Below are positions 23,707-35,764 of a DNA stretch of 64,000 nucleotides, in pieces. Within the stretch, counting starts at the first letter, position 1, and the number at the start of each line of letters is the position of its first letter. The notes beneath the pieces are model-generated. The model made no database searches, was not told where the DNA came from, and was given only the letters and a program-made list of their open reading frames with translations. The DNA is from Camelus ferus (taxonomy: Eukaryota): contig NC_045697.1 in assembly GCF_009834535.1 (NCBI RefSeq), positions 59,026,001-59,090,000 on the forward strand. The letters are read 5' to 3'. Made by a program: the position numbers and the translations under genes.

Positions 23707-26700
23707 CAAAATAGAGCATTTTAAAAAGATGCAATGGCAAAGTATTTTAATGATAAAGCATTTTAGTGTTAAATAGAATATGGAAACAAGCTAGGAACAC
23801 ATTTTTGCAGTGCACTTTGCCTCAACCAGCAAAATGAAGAAAAAAATGAGCAAAACGCAATGTGTAGCTTATACTAGGTAGAATGTTTTTGAAGCCTTGG
23901 ATGTACTCAGATTAAAAATAAGGACAATAGGGAAAAGAGGGAAGCTCTAAGAATATTCCTAGCATATGGCACTACATTAACAAATCCACTGGGTGCTCTC
24001 ACTCTGTGCCACAGTGGCTTCTTTTCAGAATCATAGCAAGGAGTAAAATGAAGTCAAAATGAAGCACAGCATCTTTGTCCTGTTTGGAGTAAAATATATA
24101 GTTCAGTTCACTGAACACCACTGTTTTCAATATTAAGCCTTAGCACATTAGATTGGAGCTCTATATAACAATTCACATAACCCTATATCAAAAATATTTT
24201 AAAACTATAAAAATATATATTTATATTGTGGCCCATAATCACTCTATTTTAGCATCTTTGATAGCTGAAAAACTACTCAAACACTGGGGGGTACATTTTC
24301 AGCACAGCATGAGCAGATTTAGCCTAGAGATTCCCATTAATGTCAATGAGGGTTGCATGGTTCAATCTTAACACACACTGCGTTGAAAATTTACCCCAAA
24401 GCATCTCAGCAAAAGCTCCCCAAAAGAAAGGAGACTTAAAGTTTCCCAACACAAATCTATCTTTTTTGGTATAATTTACCCATTCACCATTCTTAAACTC
24501 AGAAAGTACATTCTTTCCCCTAACAATAGTTGTTCTACCTTCAAAGGAAAAACAAAACAGTTGAGTGGCAAGTTTTAATATGACGGGCTCTACCCCATTA
24601 AGATTAACCTCCAAGAGAAAGTCTTCCAAATATTTCAATTAGAGTTTCACTCAAAAATTCACTATTAGCTGGCTTAGTAGTCTTGTGCAAATGTTTATAT
24701 GCTTTTTTGATCTGCTTACTTTTAAATGTTACTTTATATGACTTTCTTTTAACTATGAATAACTTTCAGTACAAGAAGAGCATTAAATATGTTTTTGTGC
24801 CTTATTTATTCAAATTTCTGTTTTAAACATTTTCCAAAGTTTTGGCTTACATAAATTTAAATTCATGTTTGAATTTAGAGCATATTGTATAAAATATGAA
24901 AATAGATGGGAAAAAACACCATTCTCTGACAATATCAATTCTCAGACAATTCTTGACTAAATATATTCCAATATCAAACTCTGAATTCCTTTTTTTCTAA
25001 TAACATTTTTAAACTAGAATAACTGGCTAGCTGAATATAACACTGCAAAAACAATTAATAATTAAAATCTAATTCTTCTAAATAAAATCTAATAAATGTT
25101 CGTGGATTTTGCTATATTAAACAAATAATTGTAGCTACTATTAGGAGTAATATTAGTTGGCTCCCCCAATTTTTTTATTTCTATCTTTTACAATGGTTTT
25201 AAATAACAAAATAGGTATGATTATGAATACTTTCTCTCTTAAAAATATCTAATAAAACAAAGCAAATAACCAGCTATGTCCTTATGTGCCTCAGACAGCA
25301 TTTAAATGACATGAATAGATCTCTAAATATTAGCTCTTAAGGAAAGAGACTGGCAAATTCCCCCTCTTATACCCAGCACACAGCAAATGGTAACTACTCA
25401 AGAAATGCTTATTTTAAGACTTTGTTAAATATATAGTATTTTTTATATTAACAATATAAACTTTTTATTACATTGACAAACATTTTCCATGTGTGTGAAA
25501 ATTAAGAAAAAACGAGTAAATCTCATCTACAGAAAATGATTTCATTCTTATAGAGATTCAAACTTAAATTTCTTGATTAAAAAAGTTTACAAAGGGTCTC
25601 TTTTTCTACAATTACACAAGTAATGTTTATTTTGCTAAACAATTCTGAAATATTTAAGTGCACATTTAAAACTTATATGCAAATCATGTATTTCCTAGAA
25701 TTCCCAGTAAGACGCAGACAAATGAGTCTGTTTTATTACCTACATGTGGATTCCAATAGGTTATGACGGTTCTGCGGTTAGAGGATTCCTTCTTGTGATA
25801 GTTAATACATACAAACAACATGGCCTAGAGACTTCAAATTCCTCCTAATACAGTACATATGAATATCATGCAGACACTAGAAACATCTCACTCAAGAAAA
25901 CGAGTAACTTACAAGCCAAGATGCCACATTTCATTTGCGTTAAGAGTATTTATGTTGGAATGAAACACACCTCGTTTCCAGTCTCAGCTAAGGGTCCTGC
26001 TTCCTCATCTGTACAATCACAGGCAAACAATTTCATTCTCTAAGGTCCCAGTTTCCATCTGGGCCTATTTCTTAATTTGCTATAAGGAAGTTATGCTACT
26101 CAGTGTAATAGGTTCTATTATTGCCAAAGGAACATGATTCTCTACAATATGCAAGTAATCAGGAACTTTGTATTCACTCAATGACCCCCTTCTCTTTCTA
26201 TTTCACAGTAATCTATTTAATCCTATTAGTTCTAAATTAACTTTTGACATAATGATTTATCACATTAAATATACTTTTACTCCTCTAATTTATTTCATAT
26301 ATCCAGTACAAAAGAATAATACCATAAAATTATCAGAAAAGTTTAAAAATATCATACTAGTAAAAAAGAAAAGTCTGGAATATGAGATGTGTAGGAAAAG
26401 AATCTTTTATAATTTGTTAACTTGCCCTCAACACCTACAATCTTAGCTGGATTAAATATTTGTTAAATGAAAAAATTTTTAAAAGCAAAAGCCTGTTAAA
26501 TGAGAATTCACATGCAACTTTCAGAGCTACTGAAAAAATTCTTTCTACTCACATTTTAATAGTACTTCTGCCTTAGTTCCTAAGCACATGTTAATATCCA
26601 AATAATGCATGACAACATAAATAAAATAACAGTACAAAATTTGATAAAACTGTATATAGACTATTCTTAAGCAAGGTATTCAGTAATCTGTAAAATGAGA

Positions 26701-26976
26701 GTTCCACACAATAAGAACTGTATTACAACTATGACAATAAGGTGATTATTTGAGGCTTTTAGAATTTAACATCGTATTTCATATATGATTTAATGGATTA
26801 TATTACCCAGGTGCTTACTTTCTGTATGCAGAAACTTTCTGTAAATATTTTCAAATTCAATATAAAGATATATGATCTACGCTGCTTCCATATTTTCCTG
26901 TTGAGCTGCAAGGTCCTAATAGGTGAAATAGTTGGCAGCTTACTTCTCATTTCCAACAATAAAAAACACAAACACA

Positions 26977-27305
26977 AAATGAACTTATTTACAAACCAGA
27001 AATAGACTTGCAGACATAGAAAACAAACTATGGTTACCAGAGAGGAAAGGGGTGGGGGGTATAAATTAGGAGTTTGGGATTAACATATACACACCACTAT
27101 ATATATAAAATAGATAAACAACAAGGACCTACTATATAGCACAGGGAATTATATCAACTATCTTATAGTAACCTAGAAAAGAAAAGAATCTGAAAAAGAA
27201 TATATATATATGTATATGTATAACTGAATCAATATGCTGTATACCTGAATCTAACACAACATTGTAAATCAACTATACTTCAATAAAAATCAGAAAATTA
27301 ATAAA
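26977..27305 (+). mobile_element. 5'-truncated L1 3' end (cetartiodactyl type)
   Basis: AATGAACTTATTTACAAACCAGAAATAGACTTGCAGACATAGAAAACAAACTATGGTTACCAG...CAACAAGGACCTACTATATAGCACAGGG...CAACTATACTTCAATAAAA. Imperfect flanking repeat AATAAA..CACAAACACA. Confidence 0.88.
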
Positions 27306-27809
27306 TAAATTCACAAACACACATCTACGCCTGAAGTTGGCTCAAGTTGATTTGGTAAACTAATCTGGCTTTGCTTTCGATTTTCTACTGAGAATGTTTA
27401 ATATTTAATTATAAGGTTATATATTCTTAAAAATAATCAAGTATACCTTAACTCTTTCTTTTTCTAAAACTCCCACACCCTCCTTCAAATCAGAAGAAAG
27501 TCAGCACACAATCAACCCCTCTGTCAAGTTCTTATTTTAATATGCTCATTAACAATTTTGGTGATGCTTTTTCTATTTCCAGGCATGAAGTATCTTTTAT
27601 TTAGTACATAGATGTACAAGTGTAAAAAATATCACTGTGTCACTAAATTTCAAGATAACTTAAGACAGAAAACGTAACTTACTTTGGGTTGCACAAAACC
27701 TAAAGAAAAGCTACGAAACAAACTGCTAATTATTATAACTCTCTTCTTCCCCTAACCAATTCGTATCATTTTCAATTCTCTAAAACAATCACAATTGAAA
27801 CTTGTAAAC

Positions 27810-28030
27810 AAAATAATAACAGATAAGTGAGCTGTTTTCTTGATTATGTGCTAATCACTCTTCTGAGTGCTTTACAAGTATCAGCACAATGAATCCTTTC
27901 AGAAACCATCAGTTCAATTTATAGATGAGCAAACTGGGACAAAATGAAGCGGTGAGCTCAATTAATTAGAGGAAGAGCTGGGACTGCCAACTCAGGTGGT
28001 TTCACTTATAAGTCTAGTCTCACCAATTAC
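27810..28030 (-). mobile_element. MIR SINE
   Basis: TTCTGAGTGCTTTACAAGTAT...AATTTATAGATGAGCAAACTGGGAC. Confidence 0.6.
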
Positions 28031-28062
28031 CATCTGCTTCTCTGACCACAAAGATCAGCTAG

Positions 28063-28525
28063 TGAAGTATGCAGAAGAATGTCCCCTACCCTCAAGATGT
28101 TCATGTCCTAAGCCCCAGAAGCTCATCAATAACTTATATTACATGGCAAAGGGGAATTAAGATTGCAAATGGAATTAAGGATGCTAATCTGCTGACCTTT
28201 AGACGGGAGAGTATCCTGGATTATCTGTGTGGGGCCAATGTATCCACAGGGGCCCTTACAAATGGAAGAAGGAGACAGAAGAGAGAGAACTGGGGAGATG
28301 GTAATATAAGGAGGACTTGGCTTTGAAGATGGAGGAATAAGGCCACGAGCCAAGAAACGAGGGCAGCCTCTAGAAGCTGGAAAAGACAAGGAAATGGATT
28401 TTCTCCTAGAAACTCAGTCTTGACAACATCTTGCCTATAGGCCACTGAGAACCATTTCAGACTTCTGACCTTCAGACTGCGAGAATAAATTTATGTTGTT
28501 TTAACAATTAAATTTGTTATAGCAA
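28063..28525 (+). mobile_element. MaLR solo LTR (MLT1D-like)
   Basis: AAGATGTTCATGTCCTAAGCCCCAGAA, GGGAGAGTATCCTGGATTATCTG, GGCCACGAGCCAAGAAACGAGGGCAGCCTCTAGAAGCTGGAAAAGACAAGGAAATGGATTTTCTCCTAGA, and AATAAA near the 3' end. Confidence 0.85.
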
Positions 28526-28900
28526 TGTAATGGTTAATTTTATATTAACTTGGATAGACAACAATGACCAACCGTTTGGCCAAACACTACTCTAGATGTT
28601 TCTGTAAAGGTATTTCATTGTGATTTACATTTACAATCAGTTGACTTTAAATAAAGCAGACTCCTCTTCCTAACGTGGGTCGGCTTTCTACAATAAGCTG
28701 AAGGCTTTTAGAGCAAACATCAAGGTTCCCCAAGGAATAAAAATATATACCTCCAGGCTGCAACACAGAAATCCTGAGTGACCACCTTCAGTTTCAAGAC
28801 GGTAACTTCAACTTTTACCTGGATCAATCAATCTCCCTTCCCTCCCTCCTTCTCTCTCTCTGCATAAATTACTACTAGTAACTTGCTACTAGCTTTACTT
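28526..28900 (+). mobile_element. ERVL LTR (MLT2-like), partial
   Basis: TGTAATGGTTAATTTTATATTAACTTGGATAG...CAAACACTACTCTAGATGTTTCTGTAAAGGTATTT...GACTTTAAATAAAGCAGA. Confidence 0.75.
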
Positions 28901-28940
28901 ACTACAACTACCCTTAGGGACATTAGTATACTGAAGCAAG

Positions 28941-29324
28941 TATATGAGTGAGTTGGGGCTGCCAGAACACAATACCACAGACTGAGTGGCTTAAAGAGCA
29001 GGAATTTTTTTCTCACAGTTCTGAAGGCTGTGAAGTCCAAGATCAAGGTGCCAGCCAAATGGATTCCTTGTGACACTCTCCTCCTGGCTTGCAGACAGCT
29101 GGCCTCTCACTGTGTCCTCACATGGAAGAGAGAACTCTGATGTCTCTCTCCCTTCTTATAAGGACACTCGTCCTATTTGATTAGGGCCCCACACTTATAA
29201 CCTCATGTAAGCTTTATCACTCCCTTACAGGCCCTGTCTCCAAATGCAGTCACACTAGGGTCAGGACTTCCAACATATGAATGGGCGCAGGAGATGGGGT
29301 GGGGGGAGGATTCATCCCAAAGCA
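28941..29324 (-). mobile_element. MaLR solo LTR (MLT1A-like)
   Basis: GGGCTGCCAGAACACAATACCACAGACTGAGTGGCTTAAA...CTCACAGTTCTGAAGGCTGTGAAGTCCAAGATCAAGGTGCCAGC...CTTCTTATAAGGACAC...CAACATATGAAT. Confidence 0.85.
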
Positions 29325-30099
29325 GAAGAAAAACAATTCTTCAAAGCACATGCACATATTTTAGTAGCTTTTATATTTAAAACTTAAGAAAATCAGACAG
29401 ATATGAGCATCTTAGCTTAACTGCTAGGGATCTACAATTTATTACATAATATAATTATTTACATAGCATTTGATGGTTTCTAAAACACTCTCAAACAGAT
29501 TAGAGAAACATTAATAGTTATTGTCATTTTATTATATGACCAAATTAGACCTCAGTGGGATACACTGAATCTCAATCCTTTAGTCTCACAAATAGTGAGC
29601 TGGGATTGAACCTACATCTGTTGATTCTAAATGTTACAGACTTGGCATATTCAAAACTGCTCATCAACTGTGACGCAGGGAAGAAGGAGGAAGAATTTAT
29701 AGACTAACACAATATGTTAAAGTCAATTTTCAGAAATTAGTCATACTTTTCTATCCCTTCCTTAACTCTAAGCATAAACATAGAAATATACCCAGGGTTC
29801 TTAATAGAATAGAAGATAAACTTTGAGTATCTTGGACATACAGGAGAGACAGTAATACTGATGTGAAGACTTTTTATCAAATTACTTAGTAATTTATTCC
29901 AAGTGGTTCTCGAAAAGACTGAAATTTTCAAATTTTCTTTCCCCAGAATGAAATAAAAGTGAAGGACTGTCATGTTTTCAGTAAGTGGTGGGTTGTTTTG
30001 TTTTTTTTTTTTTTGAGTTTCTGAAAATGCTACATTTCTATCTAAAATTTTTCTTAAATTTTTCACCAAAAATGACCCTGGGGGGGTAGTATAAGGTAG

Positions 30100-30330
30100 C
30101 ATTTCACTACATATTTTAAAATTGGGAACCCTGGTTTGCAACTGCACCATTTACCAGTTGTACCCTGGACAAGATATTTACTATCTCTAAGTTTCAGATT
30201 TCTTTTAACTAAAATGGGCACGATAATGCAAGACTATTGTAAGGATTAGAGAATTTCTAGACCTTGCCAAATATCTGACAACTAATACATGCTAAATATA
30301 TAAGACATTTAATTAGCATTGTGACTGTCA
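30100..30330 (+). mobile_element. MIR SINE
   Basis: CACCATTTACCAGTTGTACCCTGGACAAGATATTTACTATCTCTAAGTTTCAGATTTC...TTGTAAGGATTAGA. Confidence 0.65.
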
Positions 30331-31924
30331 ACAAAATACCTCTACTTAAAATATTTTAAATTCTCTGGAATAGTAAATTTGCCCAGGGAAAAAAACACAG
30401 ACAATTTAAGTCAGGGAGTTTTCATGTTTGCAAAATCTTACAGGGTTTGTAACTGGACAAAATTGTGCACTGTAATTGCAGTTGCAGCGTACTGGGGTGA
30501 TGCCGGGCCATCACCCTGACGAGGGACTCTGAGGCTCATCTAAAGACTGCGTTCATAGTGCCTGTGTTATTTTGTAGACCAGCATGGGTTAACTCCACAG
30601 AACACAGTGAAAAGACAGTTCAGCAGACGGTGTACGTAGTTAATTCTTTTGAAAACGGACGATGACTCAAATCATGGGACCCATAATGCTATTGTCCTAC
30701 TTCATAATTCACTAACTTTTCCAAGCATTACCTCATTTGATCCTCAAAACAGTCCTGACATGAAGACAAGGCAAATACTATTGCCCTTTTGCTGCTAGGG
30801 GAACTGTATTTCTAAGAAGGTAAAATTTTGGCCCATTAGCAAAACCAGAGCTAAAATCCTTATCTCGAGTCTCCTTGTGCAGTGTAGTTTGTAACAAACA
30901 AATGTCTTCCAAAGTTGAGTAGATTGAATTTGAAAAAACAGCACTTATTTACAATAAAATCCTTTTTTCTTTTTATAATGCAGATAGAAGCCACATTTTT
31001 CACTTTTGCCTTTTCTTCCCCAGTCAAAAAATATGATTGCGAAATAAGCTACTTGGCTCTCCACTAATCTGCATTCACATTTCACAATTCATTCTTACTG
31101 TGCCCTTCAAAACAGTACCAAAGCCAATGAATAAAGAAAGCCTTCTAATATATGACTTATGCAAGAAGGAAAAAAACAAGTTAATAGCTTCTGATGTAGG
31201 GAGATCCATTTCCAGCCATCCAGAAAACCCCTTAAGGATCCTGGCTGTACATAATGAATGTGCTCTAACTACTCGCAGAATTACAACATGGTGAAAGCTT
31301 TGTAAGGATCCCATTAATCTTTGGGTCAAAAGTGCCTTACATCCTACTAGGGTAGTTGAATGTGGTTCCACCAAAAAATCTGTTTTGTATTTTTTAAAGT
31401 GCAAATAACTGCTACTTCTTTAGCAATACTGCTGGTAGCTAGGATATTGGTCTGCCAGATCCCCTCCCGGATTTAGCTCCAAGAAATGTACTAACATGCT
31501 TGAAGAACGCATAATCCAGCTTCATGGTTTATCATACAACAGTCACACAAGCAGAAATTGCCCAAAGAGCTCTAAGGGAATTTAGAAATTGGTAGTGCTT
31601 TCATATCTACAATTTCAGAGTTTACTTCCCCTCTTCTACCTTTCTAGATAGTAAAACAAATACCCTCAAAGGTAAGTCTGGGTGGACGCTTAGAAGTTTC
31701 AAAGCCGTAGGAAAAAACTTCAAAAGAAATCAATTTACACCGCTCAATTTCTCTATTGTCAGGAATTTTACTACAATCTTTAACAAAAAACATCTTGAAG
31801 AAAAAACATTAGGAAAATGGCCTAAAATTCCCTATTCCTCTTTCCATAGTTCCCAGAAATATAAAAAAGAAAAGAGAAAAAGAGGCCACATTTTATATAC
31901 ATATCTATGTGTACATACATATAC

Positions 31925-31928
<4 letters not shown>

Positions 31929-31959
<31 letters not shown>
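31929..31959. repeat. (TA)n microsatellite
   Basis: Direct reading. Confidence 0.95.
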
Positions 31960-31962
<3 letters not shown>

Positions 31963-32099
31963 ACTTGTTATTTTGACAAAAATGTACCAAACTATTTTAA
32001 ACGATTCCAAGGTGAAAAGTCCTAAAAACAGGAAAATAACACAGAACCGAATGGAACAATTCCAAGTCATTTCCTGCATCAAACTAGCTCCTTTTATAG

Positions 32100-32750
32100 T
32101 TCACTAGCACAATTCTAGCAACTTACCATTATCTCTCACCTAAAAAAACTGCAAAGGGCTTGTAACTGATCTCCTGCCTTCTACTCATATTACCCTCAAC
32201 TCACTCCCAGTTCATTATTTACAAGGTAAATCAGATACTGGCATTCGTCCTTCTAACTCTCTAAAATGATTTGTGAGAAAGTAGGAGAAAATCCAGATTT
32301 CAGCACCCTACATAATTTAGACCCTGTCTCATCTTCTAATTTTACATTTTACCTCACTTGGCCTGGTACACTGAATGCCAGCCATTCTGCCCCTGAGATA
32401 AACCGAATTTATTTGGATCTCGGGGCTTTTGCTTTTATTCCCTCAGAGCCACAAAAAGCTTCTTTATCACTTGGTCTCATCTCAGATCTTAGTCCCTAAC
32501 GAAGCCGAGGTTAGCCTCATTCCCAGATCGCTCTCTGTTCCTTTCCCTTGTACTATTTTATTTGTGTTCAACACTATCTGGAATTACTAATTAGACTATT
32601 TTTACATTTTTTCATAGTCTGTCTCCCCCAAGTAGAATTATGTTTCATAACAGCAGGGATAGATTTTCATTTACTGTTATATCCCAGTGCCTCAAACAAA
32701 CTTGGTACATAGGAGGTAATAAATATCTATGAAGAATATAAATGAGGATA
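32100..32750 (+). mobile_element. L2 3' region
   Basis: CCATTATCTCTCACCT...CTGATCTCCTGCCTTC...TTTACTGTTATATCCCAGTGCCTCAAACAAACTTGGTACATAGGAGGTAATAAATATCTATGAAGAAT (L2 3' terminus). Confidence 0.75.
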
Positions 32751-33569
32751 CTTCCAAGATGTATTTTTACAGGATACATAGCTAGAAAATGGGGAGAAAA
32801 TGAGACAAACTTATCCTTTAAGTTCATTTGGCATTTAACTTGCTGCCAAAAAGTAGTGTCATCTTGAGGACTCTTTACCATCTAGGCTGAGATTTGAGAA
32901 TAGTTTTACTGCAGTTTAGAAAACAGCATTTAAAACCCCACAAAACCCAACCAAGTCTGGCTCCTGTTATGTCTCTAGGTTTTTAACCTTCTTTCACGGT
33001 TTCCAGAATTTGCTGATAAGAGGAAGGTACCTGTTAAACCTATATATGCAAGACTTAAAATCAAGACCAGCCTAATTCTTTGCCTCTGAAGCTCTTCCTT
33101 TAAGATCACTTGAGCTACGCTTTTAACAGTGTCATTGGAGATTTAGTCCCTAGCCTCACAGAAGAAGGCTTTATACAGAGCTCAGTGCCTAACCTCCTGA
33201 GGCTCGCCACCAGGGGACTTGTGACTAATCTAGGTTAGACATCAGAACTTCCACTCAACTCCTCTGAGTGGTATGGAGGGACACACAAAGCCATTAGTTC
33301 TGTGTCCTGGAACTGGGGTAGAAAATCAATCACTTAACTTGTCCATGGCCAACCAAGGGACTAGATAGATATCTGATCAGAAGTAATGGAAGGAATACAG
33401 GGACAAGGTATCTGTGAGTTACGATCTTAGGTTAGAATTGAGCAGTTTCTTCTCTTGAGAAATCTGCCCTGATTCTTATCAGTCTCTGAAGAATGTCAGC
33501 TCTGCTTTGAATACTGTTCGCTTGCCACACTCTTCCCCATCTCAACTCAGAAGGTTCACTCTTAGAACC

Positions 33570-34930
33570 TATACATGTATAGTGACATGTACCCAACAGT
33601 GCAGTACCCTATAGAACAGTTTCACTGCCCTAAAAATCCTCTGTGCTCTATTTGTTCATCCTTCTCTCATTCTCCTGAGTCCCTGGCAACTACTGATCTT
33701 TTTACTGTTTCCTAAAGTTTTGCCTTTTCAAAAATGTCATATTATTGGAATCATACAGTGTGGAATCAGACTGGCTTCTTTACCAGGCAAAATGCATTTA
33801 TGATTCCTCCATGTCTTTTGTGCCCTGATAGCTCATTTCTTTGTATCTGTGAATGATATTCTGTTGTCTGGATGTACCACAGTTTGTCTATACACACATC
33901 TGTTGAAGGACATCTTCCACGTTTTGGCAATAATGAATGAAGCTTCTACGAATAAGAGTTTATAAAAAGCTTCATTCATTAAGGTAAATACCAAGGAGCA
34001 TGATTGTTGAATCATACAGTAACAGTATTACTAAAAAAAAAACTCAAACTGTCTTCCAAAGTAGTTGTATCATTTTATATTCTCATCAGCAATGAATGAG
34101 AGTTCCTGTTGCTCCACAGCCTTGTCAACAATTGGTGTTGTGAAGTGTTTTGGATTTTAGTCATTCTAATAAATGTATAGTAGTATCTCATTGTTTCAAT
34201 TTACAACTCCACAATGACAAATAATTCTCCGCATATTTTCATATGCTTATTTGCCAACTGTATGTCATCTTTGGTGAGTTGTCTGTTCAGATCTCTTGCC
34301 CACATTTTAGCTGGTTTATTCATTTTTATATTGTATTTTAAGAGTTATTTGTATATACTGGATATCAGTCTTTTATCAGATATGTTTTGTAGATTTTTCT
34401 CCCAGATATAACTTCCCTTATCATTTCTCTTAACAGTGTCTTTCACAGAGCAGATATTTCTATATTTTAATGAAGTCCTACATTATTGATGTTTTTCTTT
34501 CAAAGACTGTGCTTCAGTTGTTGTATAAAAATTTATTCACCAAACACATGGTCACCTAGACTTTGTCCTTTATTATCTTCTAGGAGTTTTAAAGATTTTT
34601 GTTTTACATTTACATCTTTGGTCCATTTTTGAGCTAATTTTGTGAGATGCTTAAGGGCTGTTCCTATTTTTTGCATGTGGATATACAGTTGTCACAGTAC
34701 CATTTGTTAAAAAAAACTATCCGTTCTCCATTAAATTGCCCTTGCTCCTTTGTGGATGATGAGTTAATTATATTTGTGTGGGTCTATTTGTGGATTATTT
34801 TTTCTGTTCCACTCATCTTTTGACAAAAATAGTTTGTCTACTCTTCCACCAACACCATAGTAACTTAATTCCTGTAGCTTTATAGCAAATATTGAAGTCG
34901 GGTAGTGTCAGTCTTCAGTTCTGGTCTTCC
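33570..34930 (-). mobile_element. Old L1 (L1MC-like) fragment covering the 3'UTR and decayed ORF2 3' end
   Basis: ACTGCCCTAAAAATCCTCTGTGCTC, CTGGATGTACCACAGTTTGT, CAGCAATGAATGAGAGTTCCTGTTGCTCCACA and CAGTACCATTTGTTAAAAA are typical antisense L1M motifs. No intact ORF. Confidence 0.85.
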
Positions 34931-35079
34931 CTTAATGTTCTATGAACATCAAGATACATAATGTATCTAGGTATGAGTAACAGAATTTGAAAGTGTCTCT
35001 GATGGCAAAAGCATAGGTTGTGTTATATGAGTTTATAAGAGCCCTACCTAGGCGCAGAGCCAACAGAGACTATTCACTC

Positions 35080-35425
35080 ACGGCTACATCTTCCCAGATA
35101 TACGAAAAGAGTGCTTTTCCCAGTTCTCCTTGCAGTGGTGTTGCAGGCCAGATAAGTTCTGGTTTAGGAAATGTGGGCAGACCTGGCCCTCAAATACAGC
35201 TCCTGGTCTAGCTCTTTTTGTATGACCACAGCAATGTTAGAAGCCATATATTCCATAAAGAATAAGAACAAAATATAAGCAACCTGTGTCTACAAATTAT
35301 GACTTAGAGAAGTGCCCAAGAAAAACCACCTGATGTGAAATGGATACAAGCAAGGAACAAATCTATATAGCGTTACAATCTTTATCTGTCACCGCTACAT
35401 ATCCTATACTATCCTGAATTATACA
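35080..35425 (+). mobile_element. Old MaLR LTR (MLT1J/K-like)
   Basis: CTTTTCCCAGTTCTCCTTGCAGT...AAGTTCTGGTTTAGGAAATGTGGGCAG...CTATCCTGAATTATACA terminus. Confidence 0.5.
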
Positions 35426-35739
35426 CTAAAAAGAGTAGGATGCTTTTTTAGTTTTGTTTTTTGGTCAGCATCATTTAGTCAATATAAGAAACTCAGAACA
35501 CATAAGACTTATTTTACCTAAAGTTGAAGTTTGGCACAAAGTAGAATGTCCTTCCCTAAGATCTAGATATCCTTTTTCATTCCCCCTCTATCGAAATAAC
35601 ACAAAACACCTAAGATACTAACCACTCATGGGAACTCACAACCTTAGACAGGAATATACCCATTTCATTCTTTCTAACTGCAGTATAGCATGCCTAATTT
35701 ATTTAGAGGCATTGAATTCAAGGGTCTATAAGCACTTAC

Positions 35740-35764
35740 CCTGAGGTGATTCAATTATCTTCCC
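35740..35764 (-). other. Candidate 25-nt microexon (alternatively 79 nt, starting at 35818)
   Basis: Long polypyrimidine tract ending ...gtcccacttcag| and donor CAGG|gtaagt. Confidence 0.3.

Noticed and set aside
29737..30150. 137-aa minus-strand ORF
   Set aside because: It runs through a MIR fragment and a homopolymer, has low complexity and no recognisable domain.
33833..34411. ORFs with L1 flavour
   Set aside because: They are fragments of a decayed L1 with stops and frameshifts, not a functional ORF2.
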